A stretch of DNA of 64,000 nucleotides, from the NCBI GenBank assembly GCA_036375695.1, contig DASVBU010000007.1, positions 5,380 through 69,379 of the forward strand, given 5' to 3'. The translations under genes and the position numbers were made by a program. This DNA comes from Acidimicrobiia bacterium. Lineage in GTDB: Bacteria > Actinomycetota > Acidimicrobiia > Spongiisociales > ZC4RG35. Below the pieces are notes generated by a model. That model did no database searches. It had not been told where the DNA came from and saw only the letters and a list, made by a program, of their open reading frames with translations. Shown here one piece after another: positions 12,690-21,417 of the stretch (positions within the stretch are counted from its first letter, which is position 1; each line of letters starts with the position of its first letter).

Positions 12690-13055
12690 TTAGGGCTGCT
12701 TCTTCGGATTCCCGAACGGAGCCCGATTCGGGTTACAGGAGTCGCCGGGAGCCTCACCAAGAATCGCCTTGGCAGTCTTCACGTCCACTTCCGCGCCATG
12801 CATGATCGCCACCATGAATCGTCCGTAGGACTGAACCTGCGTCGGCTCCTCTTCGGAGATCTCATCGTTCAACCCCGAGAAGGAGCAGATCGAGGCAGCG
12901 CCTGTTCCGCCGAAGAACCCGGCGATTGGCGTTTCCCCTCCGGTGGCGCCGCCCGGTCCGGGTGGGCCTTTCACCTCACCGGCCCAAGCAGCCGGAGCCA
13001 GAGCCATCACCAGAGCCACCAACGCACCCAGCAGGGCAACTCGTTGTCTTGACAT
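12690..13055 (-). CDS. Small secreted hypothetical protein
   Basis: The signal peptide MSRQRVALLGALVALVMALAPAAWA is preceded by a GGGAGG RBS. The mature region is Gly/Pro-rich. Confidence 0.45.
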   Translation of the reverse strand: MSRQRVALLGALVALVMALAPAAWAGEVKGPPGPGGATGGETPIAGFFGGTGAASICSFSGLNDEISEEEPTQVQSYGRFMVAIMHGAEVDVKTAKAILGEAPGDSCNPNRAPFGNPKKQP

Positions 13056-13225
13056 GATCCCTCCCATCGGATCCCACCGCCGGTATGACGGATCGCGAGA
13101 AACTACATGTCCAGCGGGGGGCTTGCGGCCATAATGAACTGGAGATTTCGGCGGTCTGATCAAATGTTTCAGTAGGCCACTTCTTGGTGGATCTGGGTTT
13201 CGCTGGGCTTCGTTAGCCTTTCGAA

Positions 13226-13969
13226 ATGGAACTCTTCGATCGTGAAGAGACATTCGGCGACGACTACCTCTACTTCTACGCCCAGTTCCTCGACGACGAC
13301 CGCAACGCCGCCGACGCGGCGAGAATCGTCGAGGTTCTCGGCCTGACCCCAGGCAACCGCGTCCTGGACGCTCCGTGTGGGCACGGAAGGGTTTCCAATC
13401 TCCTTGCCGCTCACGGCTTGGAGGTGACGGGCATAGACGCCACCCCGGAGTTCATCGAACTCGCAATCGCCGACGCTGCTCGACGAGGGGTCGAGGTGGA
13501 CTATGGGGTCGGCGACCTGCGCGACCTGGGTGTCGACGGGCCGTTCGACGCCGTGGTGTGCTGGTTCACCTCCTTCGGCTACTTCGACGACGCGGGCAAC
13601 AACGCCGTACTCGGGGAGTTCGCTCGCGTTCTGAAACCGGGCGGGAAGTTGGTGATCGACACGCTGCATCATGACGGCTTCGTCCGCCGGTTCGTGCCAG
13701 CTCCGTTCTCCTCGACCAGCTCCAGAGGCGACGACGTGATGATCGACACCACTGAGTTCGATCCGATCACCGGTAGAGCTAGGACCGATCGTGTGGTGCA
13801 TCGAGGTGGCGAGGTGAGGAGGAGCCAGCACACCGTGCGACTCCCCACCATCCCCGAATTCAAGGAATGGCTTGCTTCGGCCGGTTTCGCGGACGTCGTG
13901 TTCTACGGCCGGGACCAAGCCACGCCCACCATCGACGACATGCGAGTCCTTGTAGTGGCGACGAGGTGA
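13226..13969 (+). CDS. Class I SAM-dependent methyltransferase
   Basis: 'VLDAPCGHGRVSNLLA' is motif I, and 'VVCWFTSFGYF' and 'LKPGGKLVID' are post I/II motifs. Confidence 0.7.
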   Translation: MELFDREETFGDDYLYFYAQFLDDDRNAADAARIVEVLGLTPGNRVLDAPCGHGRVSNLLAAHGLEVTGIDATPEFIELAIADAARRGVEVDYGVGDLRDLGVDGPFDAVVCWFTSFGYFDDAGNNAVLGEFARVLKPGGKLVIDTLHHDGFVRRFVPAPFSSTSSRGDDVMIDTTEFDPITGRARTDRVVHRGGEVRRSQHTVRLPTIPEFKEWLASAGFADVVFYGRDQATPTIDDMRVLVVATR

Positions 13970-13992
13970 CCGACTCCACATCAGGGGTTCGA

Positions 13993-14541
13993 ATGGAAGC
14001 CTGGCCAACTCTCATCACGGATCGCCTCGTGTTGCGTCCGCTGGCGATCGAGGACTTGGACGATCTTGCGAAGTTGCACGCTCAGGAATCGTTTTGGCAC
14101 TACCCCTACGGTCGTGGCTGGTCGAGAAGCGAGACCGAATCATTCCTCGCCCGCACCGTGGAGAGCTATCGCGATCCAGGGATAGGGGTGTCCGCGGTTG
14201 TGGTGGCCGAAACCGAGCAGCTAGCCGGATGGGCCGGCCTGTCGGTTCCGGCATTCCTCCCAGAGATCCTTCCGGCGGTCGAGGTCGGATGGAGGCTAGG
14301 CGAGCAGCACCGTGGTATTGGATTCGCTACGGAGGCCGGGCAAGCTTGGGTCCGCTTCGGATTCGAGACACTTGGACTAGATGCGATCGTCAGCATCTGC
14401 CAGCCCGAGAACAGCGAGTCGAAGGCGGTCATGGAGCGCCTCGGGTTCTCCCTCGCACGCGAGACCATCCATCCGGTGCGTGGAGTTCAATTGCAGGTCA
14501 TGTCCCTCACCCGGAACGCTTGGCGCCTGAGCAATGGGTGA
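13993..14541 (+). CDS. GNAT-family N-acetyltransferase (RimJ/RimL-like)
   Basis: 'LVLRPLAIEDLDDLAKLH' and 'EVGWRLGEQHRGIGFATEA' form the acetyl-CoA binding motif A. Confidence 0.7.
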   Translation: MEAWPTLITDRLVLRPLAIEDLDDLAKLHAQESFWHYPYGRGWSRSETESFLARTVESYRDPGIGVSAVVVAETEQLAGWAGLSVPAFLPEILPAVEVGWRLGEQHRGIGFATEAGQAWVRFGFETLGLDAIVSICQPENSESKAVMERLGFSLARETIHPVRGVQLQVMSLTRNAWRLSNG

Positions 14542-14552
14542 CATTGGCTTGG

Positions 14553-14643
14553 CGGAGGGGGTGGGATTCGAACCCACGAGGAGGCGATAACCCCCTACGG
14601 CATTTCGAGTGCCGCGCACTAGACCGGACTATGCGACCCCTCC
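14553..14643 (-). tRNA. tRNA-Ser (anticodon CGA)
   Basis: Reverse complement GGAGGGGTCGCATAGTCCGGTCTAGTGCGCGGCACTCGAAATGCCG...GGTTCGAATCCCACCCCCTCCG. Confidence 0.85.
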
Positions 14644-14666
14644 AACATGCCGACCTTCGGTCGGCT

Positions 14667-14737
14667 GTACCCAGTACCGAGTACTTGGTACGAGGATTCA
14701 ATTGTTCTACGTACCGAGTACCAGGTACTGAGGTACC
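14667..14737. repeat. GTAC-N3-GTAC palindromic motif cluster in the tRNA-Ser spacer (copy A)
   Basis: gtacccagtaccgagtacttggtac and gtaccgagtaccaggtactgaggtacc. The 17-mer gtacccagtaccgagtac recurs at 27265..27282. Confidence 0.4.
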
Positions 14738-14760
14738 GCACCAGCGAAGCTGGTGCACCG

Positions 14761-14851
14761 CGGAGGGAGAGGGATTTGAACCCTCGAGGGGGCGCAAACC
14801 CCCAACGGCATTTCCAGTGCCGCGCACTAGACCGGACTATGCGATCCCTCC
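14761..14851 (-). tRNA. tRNA-Ser (anticodon GGA)
   Basis: Reverse complement GGAGGGATCGCATAGTCCGGTCTAGTGCGCGGCACTGGAAATGCCG...GGTTCAAATCCCTCTCCCTCCG. Confidence 0.85.
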
Positions 14852-14958
14852 AAAGTCGTATCCCGCACCCGTGGCCCGACCTGAACCGGCGACCGGAGTA
14901 CGGGGTACGAGACACGAAGCCGAGCTCGGCTCGGCGACCTAAAGGATAATGCCCACCG

Positions 14959-15429
14959 ATGAGTGATCCATTCCCGACCGGCCGGTACGCCCCGGCCATG
15001 GAGAAGGCCCTCGCCCTGGCGCGGGAGGCGGGTGAGGCGGGCGACGTGCCCGTCGGCGCGGTGCTCCTCGATGCCAACGAAGAGGTGGTCGCCGCCGACC
15101 GCAACCGTCGGGAGGAGCTCAGGGACCCCGTCGCCCACGCCGAGATGCTGGTGATCTCGTCCCGTGCGCGGGAGATCGGCGACTGGCGCTTGACCGGCCA
15201 CACCCTGGTGGTGACACTCGAGCCCTGCGTCATGTGTTCGGGGGCCGCCGTGTGGGCGCGACTCGATCGCATCGTCTACGGGGCTGCCGATCCCAAGGCC
15301 GGGGGCGCCTGGTCCCTCTACAACATCCCCCAGGACCGCCGTCTCAACCATCGCGTCGAGATGGCCGAGGGTGTCCTTGCCGAGGAGTCATCCGCCCTGT
15401 TGTCAGACTTCTTCGCCCGCCATCGCTAG
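14959..15429 (+). CDS. tadA: tRNA-specific adenosine deaminase TadA
   Basis: 156 aa. 'HAEMLVI' and 'LEPCVMCSGAA' are the CDA-fold zinc motifs H(A)E / PCxxC. Confidence 0.85.
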   Translation: MSDPFPTGRYAPAMEKALALAREAGEAGDVPVGAVLLDANEEVVAADRNRREELRDPVAHAEMLVISSRAREIGDWRLTGHTLVVTLEPCVMCSGAAVWARLDRIVYGAADPKAGGAWSLYNIPQDRRLNHRVEMAEGVLAEESSALLSDFFARHR

Positions 15430-16578
15430 CTCGGCGGCGACCGATCGCCGGTCCCAGATGAGGTAGGTGAGGGCACCGAGCACCAGCGCCACGCCGGCCA
15501 CCGAGAACGCCAACCGGTAGCCCGACAGGTCGATGACCAGCCCCACAAGGGGCGCCCCCAACAGCAGGGCCACGTCGAACAGGGCGGTGAAGATGGACAT
15601 CGCCGAGCCACGCTCCGACTCCCGGGCCCGGTTCACCACCTCCGACGACAACAACGGGAACGCGGCGCCATGTGCCATCCCGGTCATGCCGGCTGCGATC
15701 ACCAGCACGGCGACATGCTCGGCGAAGGCCATCGCCCCCAGACCCAGGCCGTAGAAGGCGAGGGACGACACCAGCATCGGACGATGGGGCACCACGTCGT
15801 AGACACGTCCGCCGACGATCCGGGTCAAAGCCGCCACCGTCCCGTACGCGGCGAAGAAGACTCCCGTGCTCCCCACCCCGCGGTCGGCCACATACGTCCT
15901 GGTGAAGGTGAACACCGACTCCATCCCGATGGCGAACATGAGCGTGCCGAACCAGAGCGGGAGCAGGTTCCTCTGGGCGAACGCGGCCCAGAAGCTCCGT
16001 CTGGGCTCGGGTGTCCGGATCGGGAGCGTGGGCATGGTCCAGACGATCCCCCAGGAGATCGCCATGGAGATGGCGGCCCCGACGAAGAGCCCTCCGAAGC
16101 CGAACCCGTCGATGACCACGTCGCCGAAGAAGCCCCCGCCGGCGATGGGCACGAGACCGGACAGCCCGTAGATGGCGAGGCCCTGGGTTCGGGTGGAGAC
16201 CGGTATGGCGTCGGCGGCGTAGGTGATGATCGTGGTGAACAGACCCAGCTGAAGGACGCGCTGGACGAGGAAGATCGCCCACAGATACGGGCCCCAGGTC
16301 TCCGTGGTGGCCAGGATGAGGACGACTATGGCGTTGGCCGGGCCGGCGATCAGCAGCACCGTGCGGCGGTGGGTCTTGTCGAGGATCCGGCCGAGCAGGG
16401 GCCGCATCAGCAGTGAGGCGACCGCGCACACCGAGAAGAGCAGCCCGATCCGCCCCTCGGTCGCCCCCAGGTTCTCGAAGTAGCCCGGGATGTGGATCAG
16501 GAAGGCGAAGCACAGCTCCTGGAACAGCGCCGCGGCGAACAGCCGCGGGAAGGTGTCTCCGAAGCGTCGGGCGGGCAT
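15403..16578 (-). CDS. MFS transporter
   Basis: About 391 aa from ATG 16578 with 12 TM-like segments. An MFS motif 'GRILDKTHRRTVLL' sits between TM2 and TM3. The 3' end overlaps tadA convergently by 27 bp. Confidence 0.7.
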   Translation of the reverse strand: MPARRFGDTFPRLFAAALFQELCFAFLIHIPGYFENLGATEGRIGLLFSVCAVASLLMRPLLGRILDKTHRRTVLLIAGPANAIVVLILATTETWGPYLWAIFLVQRVLQLGLFTTIITYAADAIPVSTRTQGLAIYGLSGLVPIAGGGFFGDVVIDGFGFGGLFVGAAISMAISWGIVWTMPTLPIRTPEPRRSFWAAFAQRNLLPLWFGTLMFAIGMESVFTFTRTYVADRGVGSTGVFFAAYGTVAALTRIVGGRVYDVVPHRPMLVSSLAFYGLGLGAMAFAEHVAVLVIAAGMTGMAHGAAFPLLSSEVVNRARESERGSAMSIFTALFDVALLLGAPLVGLVIDLSGYRLAFSVAGVALVLGALTYLIWDRRSVAAELAMAGEEV

Positions 16579-16922
16579 GACGGGCGACGGTAACCGCTCC
16601 GGAGCGAGACTCGGTCCGACTTGATCGTGACCCCGCCGTCGAGACACGGTGGGCGCCGGCAACGGCGGTCGTGGACTCGGGCCGGGCTGTCCTCGACACC
16701 CGGAGCCGACCACTTAGGGCTGCTTCCTTCCGGACCTGACCCGGTTCGCGGCGCTCCGCCGCCGGGGACCCGGCCGTCAACGCCTCGGTTCCGCCGTCAG
16801 GGGTGGAACACCCCCGGCGTGTCGTGCCCCTCGGGCGGGGGATTCAGCCCCGCATGAAGAGGGTTTCGGGTACAGGGCACCCCTAGCGCCCCGCCTACAC
16901 GATCACCGCATAGGGTACCCCG

Positions 16923-17137
16923 GATCAGTCCCCCAGCCGAAGGCCGGGGGAAAGTACCGCCGCCGGAGCGAGCGGACGCGGGGGTAGGCCCAAGATCAGT
17001 CCCCCAGCCGGAGGCTGGGGGAAAGTACCGCCGCCGGAGCGAAGCGGAGGCGGGGGTAAGCCCAAGATCAGTCCCCCAGCCGGAGGCTGGGGGAAGGTAC
17101 CGCCGCCGGAGCGAAGCGGAGGCGGGGGTAGGGGGCA
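16923..17137. repeat. Tandem repeat, 3 copies of ~71-72 bp, each with a 9-bp GC hairpin
   Basis: Units start at 16923, 16994 and 17066. The unit reads gatcagtcccccagccggaggctgggggaaagtaccgccgccggagcgaagcggaggcgggggtaagcccaa. Confidence 0.75.
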
Positions 17138-17207
17138 AACGCTGCGTACCACTTCCCGCGCCAGCACGCTGCCTGACGGGACCTCCACTCCCTCCGGTCG
17201 TGGGGGA

Positions 17208-17843
17208 CTAATCCGCAGGTGGCCTCTTCAACTTCGCTCCGTAGACGAAGCCGAACAGGCCCATGCGCCACACCTCCTCCAGCACGAGCGGGCCGCCGGC
17301 GAACATGGCCTCGGGCTGGGGCAGCGAGTCGAGACTGCGATGCAGGTACCGGTACTCGCCCGGCGCGCCGGCGAACAGGAGGCCGACCAATGGCAGGACG
17401 ATCGCCGTACCGAGCCGATGGAGCATCCGGAGAAGCGGGTTCCGGGGCCGGCCCAGATCGATCACCACCGCCACACCGCCTGGCTGCAACACCCGGGCGA
17501 TCTCCTCCAGGGTCAGGGCGACCGACGTCAGGTTCCGGAACACATATGCGCTGAACACGCCTCCGAAGCTCCCGTCGGCGAACGGAAGTGCCTCGCCATA
17601 CCCGACCACCTTCGCCGGCACGGGACTCAGGGCGAGCATCTCCGGCACCGGGTCGAGACCCACCACCTGCCTTCCCTCGAAGTCGGTGGCACCGGTGCCA
17701 CACCCGAGGTCGAGCGCCAGTCCCGGACCGAGACGACGCACCCCTTCCCGGCGCCAGGCCCGCTCCCGGCCCAGCGAGAGGATGGCGTTGATCCGGTCGT
17801 AGCGTCGGGCGATCCTGGCGAAGACCCGGTCGGGATGGTTCAC
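17208..17843 (-). CDS. menG: UbiE/MenG-family demethylmenaquinone methyltransferase
   Basis: 'FARIARRYDRINAILSLGRERAWRR' is the UbiE signature, 'LDLGCGTG' is the SAM motif, and 'LQPGGVAVV' follows. The GTG start overlaps the serS stop in a GTGA arrangement. Confidence 0.65.
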   Translation of the reverse strand: MNHPDRVFARIARRYDRINAILSLGRERAWRREGVRRLGPGLALDLGCGTGATDFEGRQVVGLDPVPEMLALSPVPAKVVGYGEALPFADGSFGGVFSAYVFRNLTSVALTLEEIARVLQPGGVAVVIDLGRPRNPLLRMLHRLGTAIVLPLVGLLFAGAPGEYRYLHRSLDSLPQPEAMFAGGPLVLEEVWRMGLFGFVYGAKLKRPPAD

Positions 17844-19087
17844 GGCTCGATCGTGTCGAAGCCGGTGTAACGCACCAGGGCTTCGGGCATCCGAACCGAC
17901 CCGTCGGGCTGCTGGTGGTTCTCCAGGATCGCCAGGATGGTGCGACCGACGGCGCAGGCGGTTCCATTGAGGGTGTGGGCGATCTCGTTGCCCGCCTCGC
18001 CACGGACGCGGACCTTGAGCCGCCGCGCCTGGAAATCCGTGGTGTTGGAGCAGGATGTGATCTCCCGGAAGCGCTGCTCGCCGGGGAACCACGCCTCGAT
18101 GTCGTACTTCTTCGCCGCCGAGGCACCGAGATCGCCGGCGGCGATGTTCACCACCCGGTACGGGACCTCGAGATCCTGCACCAGTTTCTCCTCGATCCCG
18201 AGCATCCGCTCATGCATCTCCCGGGATTGCTCCGGGGTGCAGAACACGAACATCTCCACCTTGTCGAACTGGTGAACCCGGAAGATCCCCGCCGTGTCCT
18301 TCCCGTAGGTCCCCGCCTCGCGCCTGAAGCAGGTGGAGAAGCCGGCGTATTTCAACGGCAGGTCGTCGGGGTCGAGGATCTCGTCCATGTGGTAAGCGGC
18401 GAGCGGGACCTCGGCGGTGCCGACCAGGAACAGCTCGTCCTTGGGGATCTCATAGACCTGCTCCCGGGCCTCGGGGAAGAACCCGGTTCCCTCCAGAGCG
18501 GCCTCTTTGACCAGTACCGGCGGGATCATCGGCGTGAATCCCTCCTCCACCAGGTGGTCCATCGCCCAGCGGACCAGGGCGAACTCGAGCAGCGCCCCTT
18601 TCCCCTTCAGGTACCCGAAACGCGAACCGGAGACCTTGGCGGCGCGCTCGGTGTCGATGATGTCCAGCGTCGACCCGAGCGTGGCGTGATCGGTCCCCTC
18701 GGTCGCCGTCTCACCGTGCCGGCGGATCTCGACGGCATCGTCCTCGGTGTGACCGTCGGCGGCGTCGTCGGCGACGAGGTTGGGGACCTCCAGCCAGGCG
18801 AGGCGGAACTCTTCACCGAGGCGGTCGGCCTCCGCGTTCTTCTCCTTCACCTGCTCGGCGAGATCGGCCACGGCGGCGATGGCCTGCTGCTTGGCGTCGC
18901 CGTCCAGGGTGGCGATCTCCCGACCCGCCTCCTTCTGCTTCGCCCGAAGATCCTCTGCCTCTCTCAGTGCGGCCCGATGACGGGCGTCGAGGTCGATGAG
19001 CGCGTCGAGGTCGATCTTTGCTCCGCGGCGCTGCAACGAGTGGCGGATGACGTCGGGATCGTCGCGGAGGAGACGCGGATCGAGCAT
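17840..19087 (-). CDS. serS: Seryl-tRNA synthetase
   Basis: 415 aa with an N-terminal coiled-coil tRNA-binding arm and a class II core (motif 2 'FRREAG', motif 3 'GTACAVGRTILAILE'). Confidence 0.9.
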   Translation of the reverse strand: MLDPRLLRDDPDVIRHSLQRRGAKIDLDALIDLDARHRAALREAEDLRAKQKEAGREIATLDGDAKQQAIAAVADLAEQVKEKNAEADRLGEEFRLAWLEVPNLVADDAADGHTEDDAVEIRRHGETATEGTDHATLGSTLDIIDTERAAKVSGSRFGYLKGKGALLEFALVRWAMDHLVEEGFTPMIPPVLVKEAALEGTGFFPEAREQVYEIPKDELFLVGTAEVPLAAYHMDEILDPDDLPLKYAGFSTCFRREAGTYGKDTAGIFRVHQFDKVEMFVFCTPEQSREMHERMLGIEEKLVQDLEVPYRVVNIAAGDLGASAAKKYDIEAWFPGEQRFREITSCSNTTDFQARRLKVRVRGEAGNEIAHTLNGTACAVGRTILAILENHQQPDGSVRMPEALVRYTGFDTIEP

Positions 19088-19112
19088 GTGGCGACCGATG
19101 GTACCGAGCGCC

Positions 19113-20111
19113 TCAATCGTCGCCGACGACGAATGGGACGACGATGGTGTTGTCCTCGAGGTCCGTGTCGGGTGAGTCGACCGTGATCGCGGCGCTGACC
19201 TCGTACACGGTGCCAGGTGTCACCGGGATGGGCTCGAACGTCAGGGTGACCTGGCGGCCCGGGGGCAGCGGGTCCACGGGCAGTGTCATCTGCACCGGCT
19301 CCGTCCCGCCGATGACGGTGAGGACGAGCGTCTCGGGCTGCGTGTCCACGTTGCCCACGTTGGTGACCACCACGGAGAAGATGATCTCCTCGGTGATCGG
19401 CACCACCACCTGGTCGTTGGCATCCACCTGCCACTCGGGATCGGAGAGGAGTGAGCTCACCTTGATCCCGGGACGCAACCCCAGCGTGTTCGTCTCGGCG
19501 CGGGCGGCCTCCATGTAGCCCAGGGCGAGCGGGAGGGCCGCGCCTTCGCCCGGCGACATGGCGATCTCCGGGAAGGGCCGGATCGGATCAGGGACGTCGT
19601 CGCTCTCCAATTCCGACACGAGCTGCGCCCAGATCGTGTCACCGACCTCGAGCATCGACAGGGCGACCACCAGCCCTTCGACGGCGGTGTTGTCGCTGGG
19701 ATCGTCGGCCGCCTGGAGTAGGGCAGAGGAGAGACCCGCGACCCCTTCCTGCCAGGCGTCGACCGCCTGGCGGAACAAGGCAGTGATGGGGAGCACCGCC
19801 CGACTGGGTGGCTCCTCGTCCAGGATCGCAGTGGCGGCCCCGAGGTCGGCAACGAGACCATCCATCGCCGTCGTGAACTCGACGCGACTGATCGTGCTGA
19901 GACGATCGATGACGCCCGACAGCGCTACCGGACCGTCGGCCAATTCTCCGGCACTGTCCGCGAGACGGGTCAGGTACTCGATTTGCGCCCGAGTCTCAGC
20001 CCCGGCCGCCGTGACCACGATCCCCAGAATGATCAAACCCGCCACCAGCAGCGGGAGGAGCAGCCGTCCCAGCAGACGCCGGCGGGGGCGGGAGGGGATT
20101 TCGAAGGTCAA
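19113..20111 (-). CDS. Hypothetical membrane-anchored protein
   Basis: 332 aa with an N-terminal TM 'LLLPLLVAGLIILGIVV' and an acidic extracytoplasmic region. No recognised motif. Confidence 0.5.
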   Translation of the reverse strand: MTFEIPSRPRRRLLGRLLLPLLVAGLIILGIVVTAAGAETRAQIEYLTRLADSAGELADGPVALSGVIDRLSTISRVEFTTAMDGLVADLGAATAILDEEPPSRAVLPITALFRQAVDAWQEGVAGLSSALLQAADDPSDNTAVEGLVVALSMLEVGDTIWAQLVSELESDDVPDPIRPFPEIAMSPGEGAALPLALGYMEAARAETNTLGLRPGIKVSSLLSDPEWQVDANDQVVVPITEEIIFSVVVTNVGNVDTQPETLVLTVIGGTEPVQMTLPVDPLPPGRQVTLTFEPIPVTPGTVYEVSAAITVDSPDTDLEDNTIVVPFVVGDD

Positions 20112-20186
20112 AGCGCCTCAAAGTACACACGGTTGCCCCTGGTACGGCAACTGCGAGCGTGACGCCCGAGGGAGGAGGATTCCTCG

Positions 20187-20270
<84 letters not shown>

Positions 20271-20354
20271 GGGGAATCGGGGTGAATCGTACCGTCGGCC
20301 GAAGGGTTCCGGAAAGTCGCCGACCCGGCGACAGCCCGTAACCTGGCGAGCACC

Positions 20355-21014
20355 ATGAACCTGGTACGCGGCCTGGAGCGTCGTCTCGAGCGCCTGCTGG
20401 AAGGCGTGGCCGGACGGGTCTTCTCGGGCCGGCTCCACCCGACCGAGATCGCCGGTCGTCTCGCCCGCGAGGCGGACTTCGCCCGCTTCGAGCACGACAG
20501 CGGCCCGGCGACGGCCAACCACTACACCCTCCTGGTCAACGCCAAGGACCTCGACGGTGATCCCGCCGATCTGGAGCGGTCTCTGACCGAGGAATTGGAG
20601 CGCTACACCGCCGATCAGGGTCTCCGCCTCGAGGGCCCGTGCCGTGTTCGTGTCGAGGCCTCCGACCGGGTGACCCCGGGCCACCTGGCGTGCCACGCCG
20701 AGGTGGTGCCCGGGCCCCTCAAGGCCTGGGCGAAGCTGATCGCCCAGGGCACCTCACTCGAGATCGGTCACAACCGTGCGATCGTGGGTCGGGGCGAGGA
20801 GGCCGACGTGGTGATCCCGATCCAATCGGTGAGCCGGCAACACGCCCTGATCTGGCGTGAGGGCGGGCGCGCCTACATCGCGGATCTGCGCTCGGCCAAC
20901 GGCACACTCCTCGACGGGAAGCGGGTGGGTGAGACGCCGGCGCCCCTCGACCCGGGTTCGATGATCGTCTTAGCCGCACAGCCGTTCCGGTGGATGGAAG
21001 AGCGGGATGCCTGA
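20355..21014 (+). CDS. fhaA: FHA-domain protein FhaA (DUF3662 N-terminus + FHA)
   Basis: 219 aa. 'MNLVRGLERRLERLLEGVAGRVFSGRLHPTEIAGRL' is a DUF3662-type N-terminus, and the C-terminal FHA reads 'GRGEEADVVIPIQSVSRQHALIW..SANGTLLDGKRV'. Confidence 0.75.
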   Translation: MNLVRGLERRLERLLEGVAGRVFSGRLHPTEIAGRLAREADFARFEHDSGPATANHYTLLVNAKDLDGDPADLERSLTEELERYTADQGLRLEGPCRVRVEASDRVTPGHLACHAEVVPGPLKAWAKLIAQGTSLEIGHNRAIVGRGEEADVVIPIQSVSRQHALIWREGGRAYIADLRSANGTLLDGKRVGETPAPLDPGSMIVLAAQPFRWMEERDA

Positions 21015-21417
21015 TCTCATCCTGGCCCTCCTTCGGATCATCTTCCTGGGGCTGGTCTACCTGTTCGTCTGGCAGATCGCCCGCGCCATCGGCTCCCATC
21101 TCAGCATCTCGGTCCGCCGCCAACGCCGCGAGGGGCGCCGGATCTTGTTCGTCAGGTCGGAGAGCCTCGCCGGGCAGGAGATCGAAGTGACCAATGTGAC
21201 GGTGCTGGGCAGGTCGGAAGAGGCGGACGTTGTCCTCGATGATCCCTACGCTTCCGAATTCCACATGCGCTTGGTGGCGGCGGAGAACGGGATCACACTG
21301 CACGATTTGGGGAGCACCAACGGCACCTATGTCAATGGGCGCCGGGTGACGGCCCCGGTCACGCTGCGCCGTGGCGACACGATCCAGGTGGGCAAGACGG
21401 TCATGGAGGTCAGGTGA
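21007..21417 (+). CDS. fhaB: FHA-domain protein FhaB/FipA
   Basis: 136 aa with an N-terminal TM and an FHA domain 'LGRSEEADVVLDDPYASEFHMRL...STNGTYVNGRRV'. Confidence 0.75.
   Translation: MPDLILALLRIIFLGLVYLFVWQIARAIGSHLSISVRRQRREGRRILFVRSESLAGQEIEVTNVTVLGRSEEADVVLDDPYASEFHMRLVAAENGITLHDLGSTNGTYVNGRRVTAPVTLRRGDTIQVGKTVMEVR

Noticed and set aside
11035-14851. Possible genomic island integrated at the tRNA-Ser genes
   Set aside because: There is no integrase, excisionase or transposase, and I could not identify a direct repeat of a tRNA 3' end. The flanking genes are ordinary, with small membrane or secreted proteins as the only unusual neighbours.
14852-14958. Looked for SRP (4.5S) RNA, which often neighbours tRNA-Ser and tadA
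   Set aside because: No conserved SRP domain-IV motif (GGAAG...CAGCC-like helix) was recognised in the tadA upstream region or in the tRNA spacer.
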